From a virus, in the IMG/VR virus record IMGVR_UViG_3300025639_000003: a stretch of DNA of 64,000 nt; one strand, written 5' to 3'. Positions within the stretch are counted from its first letter, which is position 1. Each line of letters opens with the position of its first letter. The notes beneath the pieces are model-generated. The model did no database searches. It saw only the letters and a program-made list of their open reading frames with translations, and had not been told where the DNA came from. The position numbers were made by a program, and so were the translations under genes. Positions 18,727-28,634 of the stretch are shown here, piece by piece.

Positions 18727-19590
18727 TTACTCACCTTTTGTTGTATCAAATCCATTACTTGCTGTATAGCCTTGTTGACTTTCTTTATTATACCCTGTCC
18801 AAGTGCTGGAGTCAAGTGAATAATAATCTTGCGGAGACATTCCCGAATCTAATGCCTCAAAATACATAGCATCAAACAATTCTTGAACGTCGGGTCGTCG
18901 ATGCTCACGAAATGTTCCATCAAACCAATGACTACGACCTTCCGATTTTAACCTTGGAATAAAATACTTACTATGCGGTTGGGTACTCATATCAGTATAA
19001 TGGAGAATCTTAATATCTTCAAGTTTATCATTTTCCCCATCAAAATTGTTCCATTGTCGGTTAAAGGTTTGTTGGAGGTGAGGGCGTTTTTTGAGTTCTT
19101 CGAATAATAGTTGATGAGCATAAGGTTCGGTTTTCATCACATCAACTTTAGGCAAAACAGTCTTTGCTCTTCTACAATCCCACTTAGCAACACAAGTTCT
19201 CCACCCACCTTTCATCATAATAATCTCTCCTCCAACATAAGCCTGCCTGAATGGTTCATCCCACAATTCAGCTAAGTCGCCAAGAATAATCATATCGGAA
19301 TCCATGTATATAGCTTGACCCTTAAAATCACATGCTTCAGGAATCGCCCAACGAAACCCAGAAAAAGGTGTCGCCCAAGTTTGGCTATTCCAACCACCCC
19401 AGATAGAATCCGGATCATTATTATGCTTCATCCATGTAATGTCGATAGGGAGACTGCTATTTTTACGAGCTGTGTATTCCAGCACCATTTGCGATTCAGC
19501 ATCTTCTCCGTTGGGGGCGACCCCAACATAAAGTTTGATTCTGGTCCCGTCCGTCATTGCGTTACAATCATTGTTGCCGATTGAAACCAA
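18727..19590 (-). CDS. GT-A glycosyltransferase (GT8-like)
   Basis: TPFSGFRW, AIYMDSDMIILGDLAELW, ILHYT. Confidence 0.85.
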   Translation of the reverse strand: MVSIGNNDCNAMTDGTRIKLYVGVAPNGEDAESQMVLEYTARKNSSLPIDITWMKHNNDPDSIWGGWNSQTWATPFSGFRWAIPEACDFKGQAIYMDSDMIILGDLAELWDEPFRQAYVGGEIIMMKGGWRTCVAKWDCRRAKTVLPKVDVMKTEPYAHQLLFEELKKRPHLQQTFNRQWNNFDGENDKLEDIKILHYTDMSTQPHSKYFIPRLKSEGRSHWFDGTFREHRRPDVQELFDAMYFEALDSGMSPQDYYSLDSSTWTGYNKESQQGYTASNGFDTTKGE

Positions 19591-20216
19591 CTTCTACTTA
19601 TCGGAATAACTTTACGATTATATTTATCGAGCCATTCGTTCAATGCTTTCCATTCATGATCTGGCCATTTAGGGTATAGTACACGTTTTGCATCATTTGG
19701 CGGAGTTGCTTCAGTAAACGCATGACGCCAACAACATAACTCATCAAACCTAATAATAGTTCCTTTTACGATTTGGGTATTGCATTCTTCTAAAATTGTA
19801 GTTGCGCTAGAATATATATCGGAATCAATATGGAGATATGAGATGTCTTCTTTATGATTATTTAAAAATTTAGGTAACGTCTCATTAAACCACCCCTTAT
19901 ATAATTCAACATTATCGGGGACTTCTGGCAATTCACCCTCACGATCAAATGCCTCTTTTTTTACCGTTTTATATCCCATATCCCAATCTTCAGGTAATCC
20001 AGTAAATGAATCGAACCCATGAAATTTTAAATGCGGGAGTAAATTAGCTACACAAGATATAGTCAACCCACTATGAACACCAAATTCAATATTAAGTCCC
20101 TTGAGTGGGAGATATGATGCTATCCAAGTCAACTCGCGAATCCGAACATCATCAGTAGTGGTATCAGTTGGTAGAAATTTAAATTTTTGTATATTTTGAA
20201 ATTCTGTAATCTTCAT
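19554..20216 (-). CDS. TylF/MycF-like SAM-dependent O-methyltransferase
   Basis: IEFGVHSG, GFDSFTGLPEDW, LHIDSDIYSS, FDE. Confidence 0.85.
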   Translation of the reverse strand: MKITEFQNIQKFKFLPTDTTTDDVRIRELTWIASYLPLKGLNIEFGVHSGLTISCVANLLPHLKFHGFDSFTGLPEDWDMGYKTVKKEAFDREGELPEVPDNVELYKGWFNETLPKFLNNHKEDISYLHIDSDIYSSATTILEECNTQIVKGTIIRFDELCCWRHAFTEATPPNDAKRVLYPKWPDHEWKALNEWLDKYNRKVIPISRSWFQSATMIVTQ

Positions 20217-20649
20217 TAATCACTCTTCCATCAATTATATGTTTAGGTTTTCTATGCCACTTCCCGTTGATATTTTCATTAATGAACCTATCTTCTTCAA
20301 GAACATTATTTATGAACTGCTGACGAACTTCTTCGTAATTGCAATCCCCCTCAGTTATATGTAACGAAAGTATTATTCGTTTAAACTCTCCCTTACCGTG
20401 TTCTAATATAAGATCCTTTAAATACTGAGAAGAGCCATAGTATGTTTTCCAATCTGATTCTTTTTTCGTTCTCCGTTTAGCACCCTTTGCTTTTCTTCTA
20501 CTATAAAAATATTTACGACCTATATATAGATTCCCATCAATTTTACACTCAATGACATAGACAAATCCAACAAATTTCCCTATATCTTCGGTATCGAATA
20601 TTTTTCCATTAAATGTCCAAGGGTTTTCATATTCATCGGTCTTCTTCAA
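20179..20649 (-). CDS. GIY-YIG family nuclease
   Basis: GFVY-x9-YIGRK, WKTYYGSS. Confidence 0.75.
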   Translation of the reverse strand: MKKTDEYENPWTFNGKIFDTEDIGKFVGFVYVIECKIDGNLYIGRKYFYSRRKAKGAKRRTKKESDWKTYYGSSQYLKDLILEHGKGEFKRIILSLHITEGDCNYEEVRQQFINNVLEEDRFINENINGKWHRKPKHIIDGRVINEDYRISKYTKI

Positions 20650-20839
20650 AATCTATCTCAGAATATATTTGATCGCTATCTCGGCTAGCATTTCCTTCTT
20701 CCATTTCAGTCAAATCAATTTCCGATCCACAAAATGGGCAATACATAGGATCACTTCTTCTAAGCACCCCCTCTAGATAATTAATATCGTATTCTGCCCT
20801 GCATGAATCGCAAGTTAATTCGAATTCTATTTGCGACAT
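20633..20839 (-). CDS. Zinc-ribbon protein
   Basis: CDSC...CPFCG. Confidence 0.6.
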   Translation of the reverse strand: MSQIEFELTCDSCRAEYDINYLEGVLRRSDPMYCPFCGSEIDLTEMEEGNASRDSDQIYSEIDFEEDR

Positions 20840-20857
20840 ATATTTAACTCCGTGTTA

Positions 20858-21412
20858 TTATCCGAACCTGATTGTATATAGTCCGCATGTTTTTAAAAAA
20901 ATGATACCACCGTCATCCGAAATATCATGCTTATATATCACTCGCTCAATTCCGGCAGAATATATCTGCTTTGCACATTCAACGCATGGAGCATGAGTAC
21001 AATATAATACAGATCCTTCAACATTATTCCCCTTGCTTATAGCTATAGTCTCTGCATGAATATAAGTTGACGGATCAATATTTTTAAATGCGACGCTATC
21101 TGAATATTCAACCAATTTCTTTTTATTTTTTATTTTTGCTTCATCAGTGTCATTTACGCATACAGTATCATCGCAACAATTATCGAATCCTTGAGGAGTT
21201 TCGTTGTATCCTATAGAAATAATAGAATCATCTTTTACAATTATTGCTCCCATTTTTAAAAACCTACAAGAAGACAGTTGCGCAAACCGTTCCGCTGTAT
21301 CCATATACGCATCAGTCAATCTATCAAATCCGTAACCTATATTAGATTTAACGTTAGGATGGCTTATAAATGGGTAATTGGTATTAGGCATAGGCTTGAT
21401 TCCAGTCACCAC
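20858..21412 (-). CDS. cd: dCMP deaminase
   Basis: GYNETP, HAE, PCVEC zinc motifs. Confidence 0.9.
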   Translation of the reverse strand: MVTGIKPMPNTNYPFISHPNVKSNIGYGFDRLTDAYMDTAERFAQLSSCRFLKMGAIIVKDDSIISIGYNETPQGFDNCCDDTVCVNDTDEAKIKNKKKLVEYSDSVAFKNIDPSTYIHAETIAISKGNNVEGSVLYCTHAPCVECAKQIYSAGIERVIYKHDISDDGGIIFLKTCGLYTIRFG

Positions 21413-22613
21413 TTAATCCCGCAACCTCATATTCAGTTACTCTATTTTCAAAAAAATTAGTGTGATCCGCCCCATTCAACACCCATTCTAGCCATTTAAG
21501 CGGATTATCTTTTACGCCATAATTAGGCTTTAGTCCTAATTGGAGTAATCGACGATCAGTAATATATCGTACATATTCTTTAACTTCTTCTTTAGGTAAT
21601 CCTTGTATTTCACCAAAATCATAAGCCAATTCAATAAACTTGTCTTCCAATTTCACTGCCTTTCTTGACATTTTGTATATTTCTTTCTTGAAATCTTCGT
21701 CAATAATACGGTTATGCTCAGCGCAAAACTGTTTAAATAGTCTAGCGTTCCCTTCAACATGCATAGACTCATCGCGGATTGACCATTCAACAACTTTCCC
21801 CATACCTTTCATTTTACCGAAACGTTGAAAGTTTAATAGCATAACAAATGAGGCGAATAATGCTACGCCCTCATTAAATACTGTCTTAGCAAGAGCAAGT
21901 CCTAATCCACGTTGAGTTGATGTATCACTTTCTGTCATAAAATCGACCTTATCGGTCATTTCTTTATATTCAAGAAACGCATGATATTCTGAATCTGGCA
22001 AACCTAAAGTTTCATTAAGTAAAGCATATGCTCTCTGGTGTATGCCTTCTCTTGCAGCAAAAGATCCCAACATATTTCTAATTTCATTATTCTTAAATTT
22101 CGGAATATAATATTCGTAGTAATTTTGTCCAACTGCTACATCGGATTGGGTGAATAGTCTCAGAATATTGGTAATAAATTCTTTCTCTACTGTTGAAACT
22201 CGTCCGTTTTTCCAATCAGTCACATCTTCCCCAAGATCAATTTCATCTTCTATCCAATGAGCTTTCTCATGCCTTGTCGTTATTTCTACTGCCCAAGGAT
22301 AATAAAATGGTTTATATGCTTTAGAAGATTCAAGTAAACCTCCCGAAGTTTTTTTAATTAATTGGTGCTTAATTTTCATTAAATCTTGATAACTACCAAT
22401 ACATTTCCCGTCGACAAATATTTGAGGAACGGTTCTTGCCCCATTAGTGCGTTGCAAAAATGCCATCATTTCCTCTTCACCATACAATTTATTTTCAGTA
22501 TAAGTGAATCCGTGTTCAGTAAACCACGCTTTTGTTTGAACGCAATAAGGGCACTGTTCTTTTGTATAAATTTCTATTTCTGGTTGGTTATGCATGACAT
22601 GCTGCGCATTCAT
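21384..22613 (-). CDS. nrdB: Class Ia ribonucleotide reductase beta subunit with N-terminal glutaredoxin
   Basis: CPYC...RTVPQIF glutaredoxin, then FTQSD, EGIH, EGVALF, DESMH. Confidence 0.95.
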   Translation of the reverse strand: MNAQHVMHNQPEIEIYTKEQCPYCVQTKAWFTEHGFTYTENKLYGEEEMMAFLQRTNGARTVPQIFVDGKCIGSYQDLMKIKHQLIKKTSGGLLESSKAYKPFYYPWAVEITTRHEKAHWIEDEIDLGEDVTDWKNGRVSTVEKEFITNILRLFTQSDVAVGQNYYEYYIPKFKNNEIRNMLGSFAAREGIHQRAYALLNETLGLPDSEYHAFLEYKEMTDKVDFMTESDTSTQRGLGLALAKTVFNEGVALFASFVMLLNFQRFGKMKGMGKVVEWSIRDESMHVEGNARLFKQFCAEHNRIIDEDFKKEIYKMSRKAVKLEDKFIELAYDFGEIQGLPKEEVKEYVRYITDRRLLQLGLKPNYGVKDNPLKWLEWVLNGADHTNFFENRVTEYEVAGLSGDWNQAYA

Positions 22614-24348
22614 CGTTATCTATCTCCACAAAATTTTTTAGTCGGTCTCTTTCAATTTTCAATGCAATGTTTTCCGCACGATTGCTAGATTCAGTTCTTA
22701 AATAATATAACCCTTTACAACCATACTTCCAAGCATCAAAATGGACTTTATGTAGGTATGATTTAGTTGCTCCAGCTGGGAAAAATATATTAAGAGATTG
22801 CCCTTGACATATATACTTTTGCCGTTCTCCACCTTGACGAACAACCCAATCTTGATCAAGTTCTATAGCCGTTTTAAATACTAATTTATTATGAGTATCC
22901 AACCAGTCAAAATGTTGAACTGAACCGCCATTAGTAATAATTGATGACCACGTTTTGTCATCATTGCGTCCAAGTTTAGTTAAAACTTTTTCTAGATACT
23001 TGTTTTTAGTCAAATGCGACCCTGCACGTGTGCGTGAAGTGAATGCATTTGCTTTCCAAGGCTCAATTGAAGGAGAGGTTCCCCCAATAAGGGAACTATT
23101 TGCATTAGGAGCAATAGCAAGCATATGCGCATTTCTCATACCTGTACCTTTCATATCAGGTGCTTCGCCCTTTTCTTCGCCCAAACTTTCGGATGCACGA
23201 ACCGCCTTGCCTTTAATTATCCCAAAGACCTCAGAATTTAAATTTACTGCTTCCTCAGACTCAAAAGGAATAGATTTTTGCTGTAAATATGCATGCCATC
23301 CCATCGCACCAAGACCTAAAGACCGTTCCATCTCAGCTGAATACTTTGCACGGCTAATTGTATCGGGTGCGTTATCAATAAAAAATTGCAATACATTATC
23401 AAGAAATCTTATTAAATCCGACACTAATGTACTATCTTTCCACTCATCATACGTTTCTAAGTTTAATGATGATAAGCAACAAACTGCAGTTCTATCTTCA
23501 TTGGTCGCAAGATGAATTTCATTACAAAGGTTAGATCCATGAATCGTTAGTCCTATATCCTTTTGCGATTTAGGTAATGCTTTATTCGCAGTATCAATAA
23601 AATTTAAATATGGTTCTCCAGTTCTATAACGTGTTTCTAATAAGGTCTCCCATAATTTCCTTGCAGGCATTTCATCTTGAATTTCTCCACTAGCAGGATC
23701 CGTTAATTCCCATATAGAATTATGCTGAACTGCAGTCATAAATTCGTCGCTAAGATTTACTGCGTGATGCAAATTTAAATTTTTACGATTTACATCTCCG
23801 GTTGGGATACGCATATTAATGAACTCAATAATATCCGGATGGCTTATATTCATATATGCAGCGTATGAGCCTTTACGAGTTTTTCCTTGCCGATATGCAG
23901 TCATATCAGCATCGACAGTATGTAGAAAGGGCATAGGACCAGGAGCGATATCAGAAACTGAACGAACATCAGACCAATGCCCTCCAACACCACCCCCTTT
24001 TACTGAGAGCCAACGGAGTTCTGAAGTATGATCTATCAATCCTTCCAGAGAATCCGGAACATATGATAAAAAGCAACTAATCGGTAATGCTTTAGCCTTT
24101 TCTCCAGGAAAAGGTGCGTTAGAAAGAATTGGCGACGAAAACATGAACCATCCTTTAGATGCAGCATCATAAATTCGTTGTGCAAGTTTCATATCACCTG
24201 CGCAATATGCGACAGAAGCACGTGCAAATGCTTGTTGTGGACTATCATCTTTAGTGCCACAATAATAATCCATCAACAATTTAAATGCTTGTTCGGATAG
24301 AATATCATCCCTATCCAAATCAATATTAATTCCTAAATATCTTTTCAT
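22588..24348 (-). CDS. nrdA: Class Ia ribonucleotide reductase alpha subunit (no ATP cone)
   Basis: SSPIL, PISCF, SNLCNEI, LGLGAMG, APNANSS, QGQSLN, C-terminal CxxC. Confidence 0.95.
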   Translation of the reverse strand: MKRYLGINIDLDRDDILSEQAFKLLMDYYCGTKDDSPQQAFARASVAYCAGDMKLAQRIYDAASKGWFMFSSPILSNAPFPGEKAKALPISCFLSYVPDSLEGLIDHTSELRWLSVKGGGVGGHWSDVRSVSDIAPGPMPFLHTVDADMTAYRQGKTRKGSYAAYMNISHPDIIEFINMRIPTGDVNRKNLNLHHAVNLSDEFMTAVQHNSIWELTDPASGEIQDEMPARKLWETLLETRYRTGEPYLNFIDTANKALPKSQKDIGLTIHGSNLCNEIHLATNEDRTAVCCLSSLNLETYDEWKDSTLVSDLIRFLDNVLQFFIDNAPDTISRAKYSAEMERSLGLGAMGWHAYLQQKSIPFESEEAVNLNSEVFGIIKGKAVRASESLGEEKGEAPDMKGTGMRNAHMLAIAPNANSSLIGGTSPSIEPWKANAFTSRTRAGSHLTKNKYLEKVLTKLGRNDDKTWSSIITNGGSVQHFDWLDTHNKLVFKTAIELDQDWVVRQGGERQKYICQGQSLNIFFPAGATKSYLHKVHFDAWKYGCKGLYYLRTESSNRAENIALKIERDRLKNFVEIDNDECAACHA

Positions 24349-24357
24349 TTCCTCTCC

Positions 24358-25041
24358 CTATTTTTCCGTGAATGTCTTGGATAAAGGAAATATCTGAGCA
24401 ATCACTTCTGCACAAGCAACAGCTATATCAATATGCTCCTTTTGAGTCCCATGACCTGCTCTAAGGTCTATATAATGTATCCAAGAACGTAGGGTTCCAT
24501 TCATATATAATCTAGACTTAGTTAATCCTTCTGGCAAAATTGCCCGTGCTTGTTCTTTCGCTATACCCACATCAATTGCCCAATTATATGAATCTTTCAC
24601 TATATCTAAAATTTCTTTTTGTTTTATTTCCCAAATACGTTTAATTTCGTCATCCTTAGTTTCAATCGAGTTTTGTCTATTGCTCACATCTTGTAGCCTT
24701 GCTTCACGCAATTCAAAATCCAAATCTTTAGTTGGGTCGGCATATCGCTGGGAGAACTCTTGAAACGAAAATGATCTATGCCTCAAAATTTGCCTCGCAA
24801 TATCCCGTGTGGTTTCAATTTCAATGCAAGCTGAAGCCATTTCTAATGGCGACCAATGTTTGTGCTTGATTAAATAATTTATCAATTTTTCCGACGTTTC
24901 TTTGTTCAGCTGATTGCTTGGGTTTGATACACGTGCGCAGAATGCAACGAGGTCTTGAACATTATCAAGTCCCTGATCAATCATACTTTCCGAAGGCATG
25001 CTGTATGAAATTAAATTCACTTCCATTATATTTTTCTCCAT
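24358..25041 (-). CDS. thyX: Flavin-dependent thymidylate synthase
   Basis: HWSPLE, RHRSFSFQEFSQRY, GTLRSWIHY. Confidence 0.97.
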   Translation of the reverse strand: MEKNIMEVNLISYSMPSESMIDQGLDNVQDLVAFCARVSNPSNQLNKETSEKLINYLIKHKHWSPLEMASACIEIETTRDIARQILRHRSFSFQEFSQRYADPTKDLDFELREARLQDVSNRQNSIETKDDEIKRIWEIKQKEILDIVKDSYNWAIDVGIAKEQARAILPEGLTKSRLYMNGTLRSWIHYIDLRAGHGTQKEHIDIAVACAEVIAQIFPLSKTFTEK

Positions 25042-26057
25042 TCACTTAATTTTGCTTTAGCACTTAATCCGCTAAAGGTATTGTTACTTATAACCGTTCG
25101 AATATCGCCAATATCTGTTCCAGAAAGAACCATATCATTAATATCTTTTTCCTGAATATATTCGGGAAAGAGTGATATATTATACCCCAGTTCAATAATA
25201 TTTTCAATACGTTTTACAATTTCTTTATTGCGTGGTTCGTTGTCAAACACAAACACTAAATCCTCAGAACCAATCCTATCGATTGATTGTGTAGAGAGAT
25301 CCGCACCGCCCATTGCTATAGAATTACTTAAAAATAAACTATCAATCGGTCCTTCAACAATATAAACCGTTCTATTGACGTTAATAGTATCTAGTCCAAA
25401 AATTTTAGGTGCATTCTCATCAACCTTTACTGTTATATATCTAAGAGAACTTTTCTTAAATGCTCTCCCCTGAAACCCCAACAATTCACCGTCACGGCTA
25501 ATGAACGGCAATATTAATCTAGGTTCATCTTTATCTACAATATCAAATTTTTCAGGAGCAAATTGATGCGCAAAGGCATTAAACTTTGGAGCATAAAATA
25601 ATTTATAATGAAACCGTTTAGGGATTTTTCTCCCCTCAACATACATCTTTGCTGGGTGTGTATGGATGAGTTGACTGACCTTTTTCAACTTACCTAAAGG
25701 CGTTTTTAGATAATTTGGACGTGGTTTAAGTTTAAATGGATTTTTACTAAAACTGGGAGATTTCTTCCTTTTTATGCCCCTATCACCTCCGGAGAAACGT
25801 TCTAAGGAATACTCACCGTGCAATTGAGGGTTTATATACTTTATCAAAGTATGAAGAAGAGCACCTTTACCGCAATTGTGGCATTTGAATACAGGCTTTC
25901 CTTCTATTTGGAATATGTACCCACGTGCTTTATTTTTATTAGATGCGGAATCGCCGCAAAAAGGGCAACGAAAATTGTAAGTTCCGTTGCCCTTGTCTTT
26001 GAACTTCTCTAGCTGAGATGAGAGAAGATTGAGATACTTTGTATCAATATAATCCAT
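25026..26057 (-). CDS. gp61: DNA primase
   Basis: CPFCGDS...CHNC zinc finger; TOPRIM EGPIDS, FDNE, KDINDM. Confidence 0.95.
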   Translation of the reverse strand: MDYIDTKYLNLLSSQLEKFKDKGNGTYNFRCPFCGDSASNKNKARGYIFQIEGKPVFKCHNCGKGALLHTLIKYINPQLHGEYSLERFSGGDRGIKRKKSPSFSKNPFKLKPRPNYLKTPLGKLKKVSQLIHTHPAKMYVEGRKIPKRFHYKLFYAPKFNAFAHQFAPEKFDIVDKDEPRLILPFISRDGELLGFQGRAFKKSSLRYITVKVDENAPKIFGLDTINVNRTVYIVEGPIDSLFLSNSIAMGGADLSTQSIDRIGSEDLVFVFDNEPRNKEIVKRIENIIELGYNISLFPEYIQEKDINDMVLSGTDIGDIRTVISNNTFSGLSAKAKLSEWRKI

Positions 26058-26111
26058 GATATATCATATTCTATTTGAGGAGATTGGCCAAAAAATTTTG
26101 ACCATTTCACT

Positions 26112-26140
26112 ATTATACTACATGATGCGTGTTAAGTAAA
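26112..26140 (-). promoter_or_regulatory. Sigma70-type promoter TTTACT-N17-TATAAT for primase
   Basis: Exact hexamers and spacing. Confidence 0.7.
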
Positions 26141-26149
26141 CCTTTTTTA

Positions 26150-26461
26150 TTAAGAAGGTGCCCACGCTAGTATATAAGCAAGAAACCCTGTTATAACTGC
26201 GGTCATTATAACCCAAACTAATTTATGTACAGAATCTACAGTTCTTGTATTTAATCCTACACATCTCTCTAATGCAACTATTCTATCTTCTATCTCATCA
26301 ATAGACTTCATTACATCCCGTTTATCTTCTTCTAATCCGAGAACCTTTTCTTCCGTTCGAGCAAATGAGATTAATAGATCTGCAACTCTATCTATCTTTT
26401 CTTCTATTCTGTCCAATCGCCTAAAGTCTGGGCATGTTTGGTTGTGTAGACTTTCGCTCAT
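26150..26461 (-). CDS. Coiled-coil protein with C-terminal TM (holin-like topology)
   Basis: RLDRIEEKIDR...; terminal hydrophobic helix. Confidence 0.5.
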   Translation of the reverse strand: MSESLHNQTCPDFRRLDRIEEKIDRVADLLISFARTEEKVLGLEEDKRDVMKSIDEIEDRIVALERCVGLNTRTVDSVHKLVWVIMTAVITGFLAYILAWAPS

Positions 26462-26473
26462 TACATTTTCCCA

Positions 26474-27229
26474 CTAAAGACCGAATTGTTTTTTAAATTC
26501 TTTAATTTTTTTCAATGAATCGCGTTTTTCTTTAGCTAATATATATCTCGCAAGAATACTTTTCATTTCTTTAAATCTAAAATCGGATTTTTTATCTTTA
26601 TCGCCCCAAACGTCTCCAGTGTCGCCTGTGCCTACAACAGAATCCCCAGTAGCGTTTGCTGGAGCATCTTCCATAACGCCTTTAACTTTTACCACAGTAA
26701 AGGTTCCGCCAACCTTATTAACTTTCTGCCCCTTTTCTGCATATTTTTTAGCCGATTTTTCGTCCTCAAAATATTTTTCGCCCTCAACTTTACCTTTTTC
26801 GTTCTTATAAATTACATTATAATAATCTTCTCTTAACATACTTTTAAATGTTTTTGGTGATATATTCTTCAACATAGTTAATTTCTCCATTAACCCCTCT
26901 TGCAAGTCTTGTTTGGTGTAATTTTCTTTTGGCTCAACGCTTTCTTTGATTAAATACAATGCGGCAGCATATGAAGCTATTTTAGATTTACCTCCAGGAA
27001 GTTTTTCTAGTAACCTCTTCATACCAAACACTAATCGATCAAAATATCCGTATGCGGCTTTTTCTTCTTGCGTGGATAAAGTTTTATATTTCTTTAATAC
27101 TTTGCCATCTTCATCAATTATCCCTAACTCATATGCTTCAGTGTTTTTGAATGGCGTAGTAAGTTTCTTTAGGAATTGATATGTATAGACTATATCAGCG
27201 ATCCCTTCATTTAATTGCTCTTTTGACAT
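26474..27229 (-). CDS. Conserved T4-like late protein
   Basis: AYELGIIDEDG, FDRLVFGMKRLL; leader MSKEQLNE. Confidence 0.65.
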   Translation of the reverse strand: MSKEQLNEGIADIVYTYQFLKKLTTPFKNTEAYELGIIDEDGKVLKKYKTLSTQEEKAAYGYFDRLVFGMKRLLEKLPGGKSKIASYAAALYLIKESVEPKENYTKQDLQEGLMEKLTMLKNISPKTFKSMLREDYYNVIYKNEKGKVEGEKYFEDEKSAKKYAEKGQKVNKVGGTFTVVKVKGVMEDAPANATGDSVVGTGDTGDVWGDKDKKSDFRFKEMKSILARYILAKEKRDSLKKIKEFKKQFGL

Positions 27230-27233
27230 TTTC

Positions 27234-27620
27234 TTATATAGTCCTAAGTTGTTGTACGACGTTATAGTCTAATCCTATATCGCTATCTATAAGCCTGTTG
27301 CCATTAATTTTACCTATTTCTGATGGCCAATAATTCAGAAAAATTAAAAATGGCTTCAAATAATTATCATAGCCATTCAGTTTTAAAAATAGCATTCTAG
27401 TCATAGCACGAGAATCAAACATATTATATAATACGATCAAATGATTCAGTATCAAGCGGTCTTTAAGTATGCCTGTTCCCTCATACTTTTTAAATAATCG
27501 TTTAATATATCTAATTCTCTTCAAGTCATCATGAAATTCCGTTATATCAGTGCAATGCGGATTAGTATAATATTTCATGGCAAAAAGAAGAAAGTTTTCT
27601 TCCGTCAAATTTTCAAACAT
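27234..27620 (-). CDS. Conserved T4-like protein
   Basis: YYTNPHC...EFHDDLKRIRYIKRL...RLILNHLI. Confidence 0.7.
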   Translation of the reverse strand: MFENLTEENFLLFAMKYYTNPHCTDITEFHDDLKRIRYIKRLFKKYEGTGILKDRLILNHLIVLYNMFDSRAMTRMLFLKLNGYDNYLKPFLIFLNYWPSEIGKINGNRLIDSDIGLDYNVVQQLRTI

Positions 27621-27621
27621 A

Positions 27622-28038
27622 TTAGAATGTACTCAAATTCACCCTTTTAATAGTATTAGAATCAGTCGCAATGTATAGATGCGTATTCGAATACCAAATA
27701 GTCCCTGCTGAAATTCCTTCATTTACCGCATTAGAAGTAGAAATTTGAGCTCCAAGTAGTCCGCCATTATTCAATTTCAACCTGTCAGTAACAATACCTG
27801 CGCCAGAAATGTAATGAGCGTTAGCGGTAGAAGTTACCGCATCGCACCCAAAATTTACATTTTCATTAAAGGCGACCGCTCCATTATGAACGGTTGCTGG
27901 AGTAACGTTAGCAAATAAATTACCAACCGAAACTTTATTACTAGAAGGAGATCCTAATGGATCATTGACGACCATAAGAAGATCGTCGCCACTAACATGA
28001 GTGATTGATGTAAGTTCTGTAATCTTCTTATCAGCCAT
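27622..28038 (-). CDS. Probable virion structural protein
   Basis: MADKKITEL fibre-type N-terminus; LYIAT...IKRV C-terminus. Confidence 0.6.
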   Translation of the reverse strand: MADKKITELTSITHVSGDDLLMVVNDPLGSPSSNKVSVGNLFANVTPATVHNGAVAFNENVNFGCDAVTSTANAHYISGAGIVTDRLKLNNGGLLGAQISTSNAVNEGISAGTIWYSNTHLYIATDSNTIKRVNLSTF

Positions 28039-28050
28039 AATCCGTCCCTA

Positions 28051-28611
28051 CTATGCTAAAGTTAATGTTGAAGCGGAAGAAATTGCATCAGTTCCGCCAG
28101 CCACACTTACTACACAACGATATTGATTTCCACTAAGACCCGCATCAGAATTTAATATTAAATTGGGCTGAATTACAGCAGGAATATTAGCACCAACACT
28201 TAGATCAGCCCAACTTGAACCTGAATCCGCTGATTGTTGCCACTGAAACGTCAATGTTCCGCCAGTAGGTAATGTGGATGCAGCAATCACAAAATTAGCA
28301 GGTGCTGGGGTGCCATCCGTGCCTGAGTGATTAGATGGTTGCGTTGTAATATTAATATTAAAATCCTGCATTACAACATCTTCTAAATCCCCCGACATTG
28401 AGCCAGCAACTAATACTTCAGTGGATGTTCTACCTGCTCGACCGCCAGTTCCAGTAGTTCTCCGAACCCAACCAGTGTGCCCAACAGGGTTTCCTGAATC
28501 GCGTTCCGAGACAGCTTCATCTGCGCTCACGCCAAAAACTATATCTAACTCGCCAGTGCTAACGAACTTAGGTTTGCTCGACGTTTCATCTGTATTTTTC
28601 CAACTTGACAT
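28051..28611 (-). CDS. Virion protein with C-terminal Ig-like domain
   Basis: HTGWV...GGRAGR; ITTQP...FQWQ...YRCVVS. Confidence 0.75.
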   Translation of the reverse strand: MSSWKNTDETSSKPKFVSTGELDIVFGVSADEAVSERDSGNPVGHTGWVRRTTGTGGRAGRTSTEVLVAGSMSGDLEDVVMQDFNINITTQPSNHSGTDGTPAPANFVIAASTLPTGGTLTFQWQQSADSGSSWADLSVGANIPAVIQPNLILNSDAGLSGNQYRCVVSVAGGTDAISSASTLTLA

Positions 28612-28634
28612 TGTTATAACCTCTTCATTTAATT

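Noticed and set aside
20179-20649. GIY-YIG ORF as a homing endonuclease or intron near nrdB
   Set aside because: Short, with no obvious DNA-binding tail; the neighbouring nrd genes are uninterrupted.
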